IMG/VR virus record: IMGVR_UViG_3300025892_000008
Reading direction: 5' to 3' (one strand)
Length of the DNA: 64,000 nt
Source of the DNA: a virus
Taxonomy: Duplodnaviria; Caudoviricetes
The position numbers and the translations under genes are program-made. Positions 21,642-32,426 of the stretch are shown here, one piece after another (position 1 is the first letter of the stretch; each line of letters opens with the position of its first letter). A model generated the notes under the pieces. That model had not been told where the DNA came from. It saw nothing but the letters and a program-made list of their open reading frames with translations, and did not search any database.

Positions 21642-23783
21642 ATGCCATATATTGTAAATTTTACGGATAGAGATAACAAATCCCCAATTACTGTTTTTGA
21701 TAATACGTCAAGTAATGATACAAGTATAACTTTTCCAGGAAGAAACGTAACTGGTTACGGACAAATCATTGCTGAAAACTTTTTATCTTTATTAGAAAAT
21801 TTTGCAAGTGCAAATCAGCCAGTAAATCCTGTAGAAGGACAACTATGGTACGACACAACAAACGGTGTTTTACAGTTATATGATAATACAAGTTGGAAAG
21901 CAGCATCAAACATTCAAAAAGGACCAACAGAGCCTAGTGTACAAACTAGCAAAGTTGGTGAACTCTGGGTTGACACAACAAATCAACAGTTAAGAATTTA
22001 TACAGGTAGTAGATGGTTGCTAGTTGGACCTAGCGAAAGTTCAATTGATGGTAAAAGATATGGACCAGCAGTAGAAAAAATTGTTGACCAAGACAACTTT
22101 GACAAAAACGTTTTAACATTTTACATTGCAGACACACCGGTTGTAATTTTATCTAGAGATTCATTTACACCAAAAATTGAGATTAAAGGATTTGATCAAA
22201 TCAAATCAGGTTTAAATATTGCAACACCGGCAAACGCTGCAGAAGAAACAGAATTTTCAACAATATTCTTAGGAGGAGAACTTCCTAAACTTATAGGAAC
22301 TGCTAAGAATGCTGATGCATTGAATATTGGTGGCGTAGAAGTTGCAGCAGGAAAATTTTTAAGAAGTGATACTACTAATACTACTGAACAAGGATTTAAT
22401 ATTAGAAGTAATACAGGTATTACTATTGGTATTGATGGTAACTTCCAGTTAACTACTTCTGCTACATCATCAAAAATTTATAATAGTGCAGCAGGTAGTT
22501 CGATAGATTTACAGATTAACAGAAATGGTATTCCTGATACTATTCTAAGAGTTATTGACGATAAGGTTGGCATTAATATTGCTGCTCCTAATAATGCATT
22601 AGACGTTGGTGGCGACATAGGTGTTACAGGAAGTATAATTCTTTCTAATACAAATGATGCTATTAACTTGTCAACTGGTGCAATACGTACAGAAGGCGGT
22701 GTTTCTATTAAGAAAACATTGCGTGTAGGACAAGGATTAAATGTAACAGGAACAATTAGTGCAACTAATATATACCCTGATGCTAATGAAACTTATGACT
22801 TAGGTGCTGATGCACTTAGATGGAATAACATTAAAGCCAAGAAAGTAATTGCTGATGAAATACAAGGTACTATCAGCGGTAACATTACAGGAAATGCTAA
22901 TACGTCAACAAACCTAAAAAATGTAACTAACTTTACAATGGCAGGCGATGTTGTATCAAGTGGATTTACTTTTGACGGTATCGGCGATCCAAAAGTTTTT
23001 AATACACAATTAACAGCAAATATTATTACAAGTAAAAATGAACCATTACCAGTTGTTTCAGGTGAAAATGATCAAATACTTGTTTATAGAGCTAATCCTT
23101 TAACAGGAAGCACATCAACAGGACTTTTAAAACAAGACAGAGATACGTTTGTAGGTGATTTAGGTATACCGTTAGCAGGAATACTTCCATATGCAGGAGC
23201 AAATGTGCCATACGGTTTCTTACTTTGCGATGGTGGTGAAGTTGAAATTGCAAAGTTCAGAGCACTTTATGATATTATAGGAACAACATATAACGGATCA
23301 GCAGCACTAAATGGTGCCGCAGGAAAAACTTTTAGAATTCCGGACCTAAGAGGTAGATTTGCTCTTGGACGTCATAACATGGACAACAATATTACTGTAC
23401 CAAATGACGTAGGCGGGTTTGTTGATAACGGTGGCGGTTCACCGGTTCCTGCAAGAATCAGTGGTACTGAACCAGAAACACTTTCAGCATCAAGCGGAAG
23501 TAGTTCTGTTACATTAGGTCTTTCTAACTTACCAGATCATACACACAGTATGGTTGCAGATGGAGAACAATTTGCTGCGGTAAGAGTTGATACTGCACCA
23601 ACTGTAAGTTCAACATCAGGTAGAGGACCAAATAACCCAGGTGAAGCACAGTATCTTCCAGACTCAGGACCAATTAAAACTCCTACAGGAACTACTTTAA
23701 GTTCACCAGTTGGTATTATGAATCCATACTTGACAATAAATTATATAATTAGATCAGGTCCGCCTGCATTTACAACGACATAG
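21642..23783 (+). CDS. Tail fibre protein with C-terminal phage tail-collar domain (gp12-like)
   Basis: Collar motif GILPYAGANVPYGFLLCDG...LYDIIGTTY...FRIPDLRGRF. N-terminal attachment domain shared with the next fibre genes. Confidence 0.8.
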   Translation: MPYIVNFTDRDNKSPITVFDNTSSNDTSITFPGRNVTGYGQIIAENFLSLLENFASANQPVNPVEGQLWYDTTNGVLQLYDNTSWKAASNIQKGPTEPSVQTSKVGELWVDTTNQQLRIYTGSRWLLVGPSESSIDGKRYGPAVEKIVDQDNFDKNVLTFYIADTPVVILSRDSFTPKIEIKGFDQIKSGLNIATPANAAEETEFSTIFLGGELPKLIGTAKNADALNIGGVEVAAGKFLRSDTTNTTEQGFNIRSNTGITIGIDGNFQLTTSATSSKIYNSAAGSSIDLQINRNGIPDTILRVIDDKVGINIAAPNNALDVGGDIGVTGSIILSNTNDAINLSTGAIRTEGGVSIKKTLRVGQGLNVTGTISATNIYPDANETYDLGADALRWNNIKAKKVIADEIQGTISGNITGNANTSTNLKNVTNFTMAGDVVSSGFTFDGIGDPKVFNTQLTANIITSKNEPLPVVSGENDQILVYRANPLTGSTSTGLLKQDRDTFVGDLGIPLAGILPYAGANVPYGFLLCDGGEVEIAKFRALYDIIGTTYNGSAALNGAAGKTFRIPDLRGRFALGRHNMDNNITVPNDVGGFVDNGGGSPVPARISGTEPETLSASSGSSSVTLGLSNLPDHTHSMVADGEQFAAVRVDTAPTVSSTSGRGPNNPGEAQYLPDSGPIKTPTGTTLSSPVGIMNPYLTINYIIRSGPPAFTTT

Positions 23784-23792
23784 GAACTAAGA

Positions 23793-25688
23793 ATGGCATA
23801 TCAAGTTAATAAAACAGACGGAACAATTGTAGCAACAGTTGCTGACGGCCAGATAGATACGCTATCCACTGATCTAACACTTATAGGTAAAAACTATAGT
23901 GGATTTGGCGAATCACTAAATGAAAATTTTGTAAAATTACTTGAAAACTTTTCAAGTACAACACAACCTAGTAATCCTATCAAAGGACAAATATGGTTTG
24001 ACGGTACAGAAAACAAACTTAAAGTATACAGTGGTACAGCATTTGTACCAGTAAGTTCTGCAACAATTAGTAACGCCCAGCCTACAACACTAGGTGTTGG
24101 TGACTTATGGTTTAATGATACAGACAAACAGTTATACTTTTTTGATGGTGCAAACATAATACTTTTAGGTCCTGATTATTCTGAATTACAAGGATTAAGC
24201 GGAGTCAAAGTTACAAGTGTACTAGACTCACTTAACCAGACACGTGTAATTACAAGTTTATACAACAACGGAGTTTTATTAGGAATATTTTCTAAAGATT
24301 CGTTTACACCTAAGAATGCTATTGAAGGATTTACTGGAAGTATAAACCCTGGATTTAATCAAGGTACACTTGCAGGCATAAAATTTGATGTAACTGCTAC
24401 AAATGCAGATAAACTAGGTAATGTTGATGCTACTACATATGCAAGACGTGATACTTCAAATCAGTTTGCAGGACAAATTAGAATCAATTCAGATTTAGGA
24501 ATTGTATTTGGTGCAGGTGACCAAGGTAACATTACAGTTACTGATGGTAACTTGTTCTTTAGTAATACAGCATCAGATAAAGGAATAACTTTTAACGTAA
24601 GAAAAGGTATTGTTCAAGAAGAAGCGTTTGTAGTTAATTCGCTTGATAGAAAAGTAAGTTTCTATGAAAATTTTACAAACAGTGAAGCAGTATTTGGCGG
24701 AAGTGTTGAAATAAAAGGTAATACAACTATTAGAGGACAGTTAACAATTGAAGATGGTGACATCATTTCTCTTAATACACAAAACTTAGTAGTTGAAAAC
24801 AAACAGATTGAATTAGCAAACACCGGAGATACTGCAACAAATTCAGATACAGTTGCAGATGGCGGTGGTATAGTACTTAAAGGCCCAGCAGCAAATGTAG
24901 ATCATGTGTTGCTTTGGAGTAATTTAGGTTTAACAGCAACAGCAAAAACACCAGCTCTTGCAGCACAAGCATGGACAAGTTCAGAACATATCAATCTTGC
25001 TACAGGAAAAGCATTTAAGATTGATGGTGTTACAGTTCTTAATGGAACAAGCCTAGGTACAGGTATTACTGCTATTCCAGGTGTTACTTCTTTTGGTACA
25101 CAGAACGTTGTTAACATTGGCGCTAGTCCTCCAACAGCGGACTTTAAACTAGAAACTGATAGTGGTAGTAGTAAACCAAGAATTACAACATTAACTACCG
25201 ATAGTGATTTAGAAATAGCACCAAACGGAACAGGTAATGTTGCATTGATAGGATCACCTAGAATTACTGGACTTGCAGATCCAACAGGTGCACAAGATTC
25301 TGCAACAAAAGAATATGTTGATAACACTATTGAAACTAGAAGTCTTGCATTTAGCATGGACTTATCGGATGGTAAACCTAACAGTTATATTTCAGGTACA
25401 ATACTAACACAATTAGCACCACCTGCAGATTTTAGAAATGGTACACTTGCAAGAATATTATGTACAACATTACAAAACAGTACAACAAGTTTAGAAATTA
25501 ATCCATTAAGATCAGAAACAAGAGATGACTTTGATTTAACAAGCGGCGGATCAGCATCTGCCTTACAACAACTTGCATTTAGCACAGCGACAGTTGCTGC
25601 ACCAGCAGTTACAACTTTGAGAGTTATTAAAACTTTCCAACTTGTAGCAGGTGCATGGTCGTTTGTGTCTGAAGTGTCATTACCATAG
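23793..25688 (+). CDS. Tail fibre / baseplate-attached protein (paralog 2)
   Basis: Shared N-terminus MAYQVNKTDG...LTLIGKNYSGFGE..NENFVKLLENF...P..GQIWFD; Gly/Thr-rich body. Confidence 0.7.
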   Translation: MAYQVNKTDGTIVATVADGQIDTLSTDLTLIGKNYSGFGESLNENFVKLLENFSSTTQPSNPIKGQIWFDGTENKLKVYSGTAFVPVSSATISNAQPTTLGVGDLWFNDTDKQLYFFDGANIILLGPDYSELQGLSGVKVTSVLDSLNQTRVITSLYNNGVLLGIFSKDSFTPKNAIEGFTGSINPGFNQGTLAGIKFDVTATNADKLGNVDATTYARRDTSNQFAGQIRINSDLGIVFGAGDQGNITVTDGNLFFSNTASDKGITFNVRKGIVQEEAFVVNSLDRKVSFYENFTNSEAVFGGSVEIKGNTTIRGQLTIEDGDIISLNTQNLVVENKQIELANTGDTATNSDTVADGGGIVLKGPAANVDHVLLWSNLGLTATAKTPALAAQAWTSSEHINLATGKAFKIDGVTVLNGTSLGTGITAIPGVTSFGTQNVVNIGASPPTADFKLETDSGSSKPRITTLTTDSDLEIAPNGTGNVALIGSPRITGLADPTGAQDSATKEYVDNTIETRSLAFSMDLSDGKPNSYISGTILTQLAPPADFRNGTLARILCTTLQNSTTSLEINPLRSETRDDFDLTSGGSASALQQLAFSTATVAAPAVTTLRVIKTFQLVAGAWSFVSEVSLP

Positions 25689-25704
25689 GTGATCAGGAGC
25701 GAAT

Positions 25705-27948
25705 ATGGCATACGTAATTAACAGAAGTGATGGAACAGCGTTTACAACGTTGCAAGACTCTACAATTGATACTACCTCAAGTTTAACACTAGTTGGTAGA
25801 AACTACATAGGGTATGGAGAAATCCAAAACGAAAACTTCTTGTTTTTATTAGAAAATTTTTCTAACACCACTGCTCCAAATAAACCACTAAGCGGCCAGT
25901 TATGGTGGGACACAACAGGTCCTGTTCTCAAGATATACGACGGAACTAAATGGTCAGAAGTTGGTGCAGCAACTATTTCAGCAACAGCACCAGTTGACCC
26001 ACAAGCAGGAGCGTTTTGGTACAAGTCAGGATCAAACACATTATACACATACAACGGAACAAGTTGGGTATTTATAGGTCCAGAAACAGCAGAAGGATTC
26101 GGAGTTACTAGAGCAAGAAGTACTACACTTAGAGCAGATACAGGTACAGATTATCCAGTAATAATAATTACTGTTGCTGACATTGCGGTTGGTATAGTAT
26201 CAACAAATACATTTACAATAGATTCTAGTGCAGCAATTACAGGATTTACTACAGTTGACACAGGCATTACACTAAGTTCTGCATATTTTGTCAACGGTGC
26301 TCTAAAAGGAAATGCAGATACTGCTACAGCATTTAAAACTGTTAGACAGATAAACGGTGTAGGATTTGACGGAACACAAAATATTGATATTACTGCTCCT
26401 ACAACACACAACCTAACTGCAGGCAACTATATTGCAGGTAATGACTTTAACGGAAGTGCAACAACAAATTGGTCAGTTGATGCAACGTCAGTAAATACAA
26501 TAGGAAAAGTTGTAGCAAGAAACTCCAGTGGAGGTTTCAGTGCAGGTTTGATAACTGCTGATCTAGAAGGCGACGTAACAGGTAACGTAACAGCAGCCTC
26601 AGGCACATCAAGATTTGATATAGTTGAAGCAAACACATTTATAGGCGCAACTCTAACAGGTAATGCGTTTAGTGCAACAAAATTAAGAACAGCAAGAGAT
26701 ATCAACGGTGTACCTTTTGATGGACTTACTGATGTAACAGTTCCAGCAAGTGCAAGAACACTTACTGATACTGCACTTGCAGCAAACGTTGTAACTTCTC
26801 AATTAGAAAGCGTAGGCGCACTTACAAGTCTAGTAGTAAACGGTACAATTACTGTAAGCACTAACCATACAATTGCAGCAGGCGGTGCTGGCTCAACTAC
26901 AACAGCAACACGTTTAATGAGATTAGTTGCAGACGATGGTACAGATACTTCAGTAGTTGATTTAATCTCACCAGATAGTTCAGTATCATCAGGATATGGA
27001 CCAAAAGGTGCAATTATTCCTAATGTAGATGAAGCACTAGACCTTGGTAAAAGTACAAAAAGATTTGACAATGTTCATGCAAATACATTCAATGGTGCGT
27101 TAGTTGGTAATGCAGATACAGCCACTTCGGCAACAACCGCTACCAACATCGCTGGCGGAGCCGCAGGCTCCGTTGCTTACCAGACTGCGTCTGGCGCAAC
27201 TGCGTTGCTTCCTATCGGAGCGGCTAACCAAGTGCTTAAATCCACAGGTACAACAGTACAATGGGGTGCACCTAGTTTAGCAGAGATTATTTCAGGGAAT
27301 TATATCACAGGAAGTAATTACGATGGATTGTCAACACAAACTTGGGCAGTTGATGCAGACACAGCAAACACTGCTAGTAAGGTTGTAGCAAGAGATAGCA
27401 GCGGAAATTTTGCAGCAGGCACAATTACTGCATCATTATCAGGCAATGCAACAACAGCAACTACAGCAGGTTTACTAAGTGGTAGCAGAACAATAAATGG
27501 TGTTGTATTTGATAACAGTGGAAACATCACAGTAACAGCAACAGATACAAATGCAGTTGCTAAAGCAGGCAGCACAATGACAGGTAGGTTAACGCTTTCA
27601 GCAGATCCTACAAGTTCAATGCACGCCGCTACAAAACAGTATGTTGATGCTAGTTCTGGATATACAATTGTTTCAGGATCATCGTCAGCAGTAGGTTACA
27701 CTAACCAAGTAGGTAGTTTTAATAATGGATCTAACTATTTTGATGTGTATCCACCGGCAGGAAAATCTATGAGCAACCTAATTGCATTTATTCCATCAAT
27801 AAGAACTATTCATTATGCAGGTGGTGTAGATGGTAACGATAGTTTAAGATGTACATACACATATTTGAGTAATAGAATAAGAGTATATGTACAAAACACA
27901 GAACAAAGAAGCAAACCTGCGGCTAATTACTTAGGAGTATGGAGTTAA
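25705..27948 (+). CDS. Tail fibre protein (paralog 3) with internal repeats
   Basis: Same N-terminal domain; three RxINGVxFD repeats and two KVVARxSSGxF repeats; followed by a small chaperone-like ORF. Confidence 0.8.
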   Translation: MAYVINRSDGTAFTTLQDSTIDTTSSLTLVGRNYIGYGEIQNENFLFLLENFSNTTAPNKPLSGQLWWDTTGPVLKIYDGTKWSEVGAATISATAPVDPQAGAFWYKSGSNTLYTYNGTSWVFIGPETAEGFGVTRARSTTLRADTGTDYPVIIITVADIAVGIVSTNTFTIDSSAAITGFTTVDTGITLSSAYFVNGALKGNADTATAFKTVRQINGVGFDGTQNIDITAPTTHNLTAGNYIAGNDFNGSATTNWSVDATSVNTIGKVVARNSSGGFSAGLITADLEGDVTGNVTAASGTSRFDIVEANTFIGATLTGNAFSATKLRTARDINGVPFDGLTDVTVPASARTLTDTALAANVVTSQLESVGALTSLVVNGTITVSTNHTIAAGGAGSTTTATRLMRLVADDGTDTSVVDLISPDSSVSSGYGPKGAIIPNVDEALDLGKSTKRFDNVHANTFNGALVGNADTATSATTATNIAGGAAGSVAYQTASGATALLPIGAANQVLKSTGTTVQWGAPSLAEIISGNYITGSNYDGLSTQTWAVDADTANTASKVVARDSSGNFAAGTITASLSGNATTATTAGLLSGSRTINGVVFDNSGNITVTATDTNAVAKAGSTMTGRLTLSADPTSSMHAATKQYVDASSGYTIVSGSSSAVGYTNQVGSFNNGSNYFDVYPPAGKSMSNLIAFIPSIRTIHYAGGVDGNDSLRCTYTYLSNRIRVYVQNTEQRSKPAANYLGVWS

Positions 27949-27949
27949 T

Positions 27950-28315
27950 ATGAAATATATCTGTATAGAAGCCGGCGAAGTAACATCATTAATGAGTTAT
28001 GAACCTGAAGTACCATCAGGTGTAACTGTTGTTGAAATAACTGATGAAAAGGCTGATCAACTAGAAGCAGGAACACATGTTTTTGATGTTCCAACGCAGA
28101 GTGTTACACTCAAAACAGAACAGGTTGTTAGACGTGAAAATACAATTGAATCTAATGGTCAAGAGAGAGAATTTCTAAATTCAACAGACTGGAAGGTATT
28201 ACGTCATATTAGGCAAAAACACCTTGGTATTGCTACAACTTTAACTGAAGAACAATACACAGAACTTGAAAATCAACGAGAAGCAGCAGCCCAGAGAGTT
28301 GTTGATATTGAATAA
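27950..28315 (+). CDS. Tail fibre assembly chaperone-like protein
   Basis: 121 aa directly after a fibre gene; EREFLNSTDWKVLR resembles the LxxTDW motif of Tfa-like chaperones. Confidence 0.6.
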   Translation: MKYICIEAGEVTSLMSYEPEVPSGVTVVEITDEKADQLEAGTHVFDVPTQSVTLKTEQVVRRENTIESNGQEREFLNSTDWKVLRHIRQKHLGIATTLTEEQYTELENQREAAAQRVVDIE

Positions 28316-28318
28316 ATA
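28313..28318 (+). promoter_or_regulatory. T4-late-like promoter core TAAATA
   Basis: Overlaps the stop of 27950..28315, upstream of the SD (AGGA) and ATG at 28342. Confidence 0.5.
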
Positions 28319-28341
28319 TAGTTACAAACTAGGAAAAATAC

Positions 28342-30084
28342 ATGGCATATCAAGTAGATAAATTTAACGGAACTTTTTTAACATCTGTAGCGGATGGTAC
28401 TATTGATACAACCACAGATTTAAGATTTGTTGGTAAAAATTATGCTGGATATGGTGAAGTACAAAACGAAAATTTCTTACACATACTTGAAAACTTTGCC
28501 AATACTACTGCTCCTCCTAAAGCAATTGAAGGACAGGTTTGGTATGATAGCGGAAACAAAAAATTAAAATTTTACGATGGCACAAAATTTAAATCAGCAT
28601 CAGGCGCTGAAATAAGTGCAACTGCTCCAGGCGGATTAGGCATAGGTGATTTTTGGTGGGATACATCAGCAAAACAAATGTATGCTTATGATGGCGGTTC
28701 ATTTATTTTAATAGGTCCTGAAGCAAGTCCAGACTTAGGTACAAGTGGTGTTGTAGCACAAGTTGTAAAAGACAGCGGTAATGCAAACCATTCTATACTT
28801 AAAGTTTTAGCAGGTGGAAAAACTGTTGCCATTGCATCACAAACAGCATTTACATTAAACAGTTCAGTAAATCCAATTGTTGACTTTACAGCAATCAAAA
28901 AAGGATTAACACTTGCAAATACAGATACGAATGGAATTAGTGCAAGTGATTATGTGTATTGGGGAACATCTTCAAATGCATTAAGACTTGGTGGATTACA
29001 AGCAAGCGATTATATTACTAAAGGTACAGTTGAATTTACAAGCACTGTATTATATGATGACCCAGGATTTAAAGTTGGTGATCAAAGAGATTTACATATA
29101 TTTGTAAACAGTGCTGACGAACCTAGAATTAACAGTTTGTTAGGAAACCCAATTGACTTAGTTGTTACAGATGGCGGTGTTGATTATAAAACTGTACAAG
29201 TAACTTTATCATCTTTACGTCCAGGTACAAGTGCAACATTTGATTTAGGTGAGGCTACGTATAAATGGAAAGACATTTATGCACAAACTATTACAGCAAA
29301 TTTAACAGGTAATGTTACAGGTGACGTTACAGGTACAGTTAAAGGAAATGTACTTGCTAATGACACACAGGTAATGATTAATGCATCAACTAAAGAAATT
29401 GGTTATACAGGTGCACAACTTGTAGGAACACTAGTTGGTAACGTAAGTGGTAACGTAACAGGAACTGCTTCTAATGCAAACAACCTTAACAATATTGCTC
29501 CGTCAATTGGAATACCTAGTCCATTAGTTACAACTATTCCAGTTAGAGATGTAAATGGAGATATCACAGCAAATCAATTTATAGGTATAGCAGACAACGC
29601 AGATAAACTTGCTGTTGATGGTACTTATAGAGTTGCTGATACAGATCCAGTAGCAAGTACAGTAGCAGCAAGAGATAGTGCAGGTAACTTAGAGGCTGTA
29701 TTATTTGAGGGAACTGCAACTTCAGCAAGATACGCTGACTTAGCAGAAAAATATTTAACAGATAAAAATTATGAAGATGGAACAGTTGTCAGTGTTGGCG
29801 GCCCACAAGAAGTAACAGCCGCTAAAGAAGGTGATAGAGCATTAGGTGTTATATCTCCAAGTCCAGCATACATGATGAATGCACATTTAGCAGGCGGACA
29901 ATTTGTTGCATTAAAAGGTAGATTACAAGTTAATGTTATAGGTGCAGTAAACAAAGGCGACAGATTAGTTGCAACTGATAATGGTTGTGCTAAATCATCA
30001 GCAAGTAGTGCAGACGTTTTTGGAATAGCATTAGAAAGCAGTACTGAAGTAGGCGTCAAAAAAGTTGAAGCGGTAGTTTTATAA
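28342..30084 (+). CDS. Tail fibre protein (paralog 4) with C-terminal peptidase-G2/intramolecular-chaperone-like domain
   Basis: Shared N-terminal domain; C-terminus ARYADLAEKY...GTVV..GG...GVIS.SPAYMMN...VALKGR..V.V.G...KGDRLV. Confidence 0.7.
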   Translation: MAYQVDKFNGTFLTSVADGTIDTTTDLRFVGKNYAGYGEVQNENFLHILENFANTTAPPKAIEGQVWYDSGNKKLKFYDGTKFKSASGAEISATAPGGLGIGDFWWDTSAKQMYAYDGGSFILIGPEASPDLGTSGVVAQVVKDSGNANHSILKVLAGGKTVAIASQTAFTLNSSVNPIVDFTAIKKGLTLANTDTNGISASDYVYWGTSSNALRLGGLQASDYITKGTVEFTSTVLYDDPGFKVGDQRDLHIFVNSADEPRINSLLGNPIDLVVTDGGVDYKTVQVTLSSLRPGTSATFDLGEATYKWKDIYAQTITANLTGNVTGDVTGTVKGNVLANDTQVMINASTKEIGYTGAQLVGTLVGNVSGNVTGTASNANNLNNIAPSIGIPSPLVTTIPVRDVNGDITANQFIGIADNADKLAVDGTYRVADTDPVASTVAARDSAGNLEAVLFEGTATSARYADLAEKYLTDKNYEDGTVVSVGGPQEVTAAKEGDRALGVISPSPAYMMNAHLAGGQFVALKGRLQVNVIGAVNKGDRLVATDNGCAKSSASSADVFGIALESSTEVGVKKVEAVVL

Positions 30085-30968
30085 TGGCCAACATTAAAGC
30101 CAGTGACATAAACACAATCAGACAAAAAATTACTGATGTCCTAGGTACAGGTGCTACAACTTTTGGCTATGGCCAAACAGTTTATAGTTCTGCTATTACA
30201 GCAGGAACAATAATTCAAAAATCTCAATGGGATGCTGTAAGATTTGATATTGTAAATGCTTACGTTCATCAAACAGGTAATAGTCCAAGTGCAATTACTG
30301 TTAGCACAGGAGATACTATAAATGATGATGCAAGTGGTGCATATCAAAACTACGATTATTTTGCTGATGTATTAAGAAACAATAGATTCGATGTTTCTAC
30401 AGGACAATTTACCCAAACTTCAATTGATACTAAACTAACAACAGCAACTTGGAATAGCACAGCAACTTGTACTGTTACAATTGATTTTGCATCTGCAGAA
30501 GACGGTAGACACTTTTTTAATAGTGGCGGAGCAATTAGAATAGAAACAAGTCATGTTAATGGAACTTCAGCGCAAGCAGGTGCTTGGTCAACTATGTTAG
30601 CATCAATTGCCCCACAAGATTTTGCAGGCGATTTAATAGCATCAACTGGATATTACACATTAACTAATTCATTTCAAACATATTTTTCAAATGCAGCAAG
30701 TACACCGTATAGTGGCAACACGTATAATCTCAAAGCAAAATGTAATGTTGCAAATAATAGTGCAGGAACAGCCACGCAGGTAGTAATACAAGTAAATTTA
30801 GCAGATACATATGTAGATCCAGGATCACCGCCTCCAGGTGATTTAGTAGACGGTAAATTAACAATAGATGTAAACAAAATACAAGCAGCAGGAACATTAG
30901 CACCATCAGGCACCTTTGCAGTTACTGGTCCAAGCAGTACTACTGTTTCAGCAATTAGTGTAGCATAA
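30084..30968 (+). CDS. Virion structural protein (paralog A)
   Basis: Thr/Ser/Ala-rich; shares FGYGQ.V.S and RHFFNxGGxI motifs with 31001..32011. Confidence 0.6.
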   Translation: MANIKASDINTIRQKITDVLGTGATTFGYGQTVYSSAITAGTIIQKSQWDAVRFDIVNAYVHQTGNSPSAITVSTGDTINDDASGAYQNYDYFADVLRNNRFDVSTGQFTQTSIDTKLTTATWNSTATCTVTIDFASAEDGRHFFNSGGAIRIETSHVNGTSAQAGAWSTMLASIAPQDFAGDLIASTGYYTLTNSFQTYFSNAASTPYSGNTYNLKAKCNVANNSAGTATQVVIQVNLADTYVDPGSPPPGDLVDGKLTIDVNKIQAAGTLAPSGTFAVTGPSSTTVSAISVA

Positions 30969-30977
30969 CTCTGCTAT

Positions 30978-30985
30978 TATAAATA
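30978..30985 (+). promoter_or_regulatory. T4 late promoter consensus TATAAATA
   Basis: Exact 8-nt consensus in the gap before the GAGG SD and ATG at 31001. Confidence 0.7.
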
Positions 30986-31000
30986 CTTGTGAGGTAAAAA

Positions 31001-32011
31001 ATGGCAGGTGTAAACCAAAAAATCAGAAAAGTTGACTATAACAGTGTCCAAAGTGATATTGATAGTATCTTAGGTACAGGTACTAGTAATTTTGGATATG
31101 GACAGCCTGTTTTAAGCAACCAAGTTGATGAATCTAATTCAGTTACTGTAAACGAATACGCAGCACTACGTTTTGATATAATCAACGCTTACAAACATTT
31201 ATTTAATAGTTTACCACCTGATGTAGATGCACAAACAATTGGCGCAACAGTAAGGTTTGATAGTGCACCACCAGATGCTGCACCTATAGGTTATTGGGCA
31301 AGTGTAGTAAATTCTATAAGTACAAACAGACTAGCATTAGCAGTTAGTGGACAACGTGTAACAGTAAATCACGGAACAACAAATTTTAGTAGTGCCTGGG
31401 GTGCATCAGCACCTTTAGGTTCACCGTCGCCACAATTATCATGCCAAGTTGATGTTGAATGGACTACTAGTGAACAAGCAAGACACTTTTTTAACGCAGG
31501 CGGCAGTATACAATTTACAAGTACAAGAACAGGCGGAAGTTCATCTGCACAAAATACAAGTTGGACAACTTTATTAAGTACTGCTGGTACAAGAGTATTT
31601 GGAGGCAATACTCCTGGAACAGGAACAACACCATCTAATGGACAAAATTGGTTTAGAGCAAGAAGCATAGCAGATGCATGGAGTACTTCTACTGCATCAA
31701 GTCCTTACGCATTAAATGAATTTAAAATTACAGTACAAACAAATGATTCACCCACAGTATCTAGTAACAGTTCGGGTGCTTCAAGAAAATTAAGATTCAT
31801 CCTATATTGGCTTGACAATCACTTTCCACTTGGAGGAGACTCAGATTCAGGAACTCCTGTACAACCAGGAGTACTAGGACCGGATACTGTAGATGGTACT
31901 ATTGCATTAACTGTACAAACAGTCAAAGCATCAGGCGTTTTGGAACCAGCAGCCTCTGGAAACTTTGAAGTATCAACACCTACTGTAACAATTGGATCAA
32001 TTGTAAACTAA
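31001..32011 (+). CDS. Virion structural protein (paralog B)
   Basis: Paralog of 30084..30968 (FGYGQPV, QARHFFNAGGSIQF). Confidence 0.6.
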   Translation: MAGVNQKIRKVDYNSVQSDIDSILGTGTSNFGYGQPVLSNQVDESNSVTVNEYAALRFDIINAYKHLFNSLPPDVDAQTIGATVRFDSAPPDAAPIGYWASVVNSISTNRLALAVSGQRVTVNHGTTNFSSAWGASAPLGSPSPQLSCQVDVEWTTSEQARHFFNAGGSIQFTSTRTGGSSSAQNTSWTTLLSTAGTRVFGGNTPGTGTTPSNGQNWFRARSIADAWSTSTASSPYALNEFKITVQTNDSPTVSSNSSGASRKLRFILYWLDNHFPLGGDSDSGTPVQPGVLGPDTVDGTIALTVQTVKASGVLEPAASGNFEVSTPTVTIGSIVN

Positions 32012-32040
32012 TAAATTTTTCACCCCAACACAACTACCGA

Positions 32041-32046
32041 TAAATA
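32041..32046 (+). promoter_or_regulatory. T4-late-like promoter core TAAATA upstream of the glycan-modification cluster
   Basis: Intergenic; a second TAAATA at 32061-32066 runs into the GGAG SD of the 32076 gene. Confidence 0.55.
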
Positions 32047-32075
32047 ATATGCTACTATAATAAATAGGAGATATT

Positions 32076-32426
32076 ATGCAGGAACACTTAGATAAAGCAC
32101 TTGAGTTTGCTAATTATAGACAAACATTTGCTATCCAAAGAAAAACACTAAAAGAAAAAATTGATGCACAGTTAACCTACGGAGTTAATGGTGGCATATT
32201 TAAAATTGACAGATCATTATTAAACTTTGTTGAAATGTTAATTTTTAAATCTAGAAGAGAAAATGTAGTTCTACTTGATAAGAACGACAACCCAATATTA
32301 ATTGAAGATTTAACAAAATTTAGAGATGAAATATTTGATAGGTACTTTTCAGCAACCTTTGCATATTTGGAAGAATACCAAAAAATTAAAAAGGCAAGAT
32401 CTGTAGAAACAATATTGGAAGTTTAA
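32076..32426 (+). CDS. Hypothetical protein
   Basis: Strong SD (AGGAG); its stop overlaps the next start. Confidence 0.75.
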   Translation: MQEHLDKALEFANYRQTFAIQRKTLKEKIDAQLTYGVNGGIFKIDRSLLNFVEMLIFKSRRENVVLLDKNDNPILIEDLTKFRDEIFDRYFSATFAYLEEYQKIKKARSVETILEV

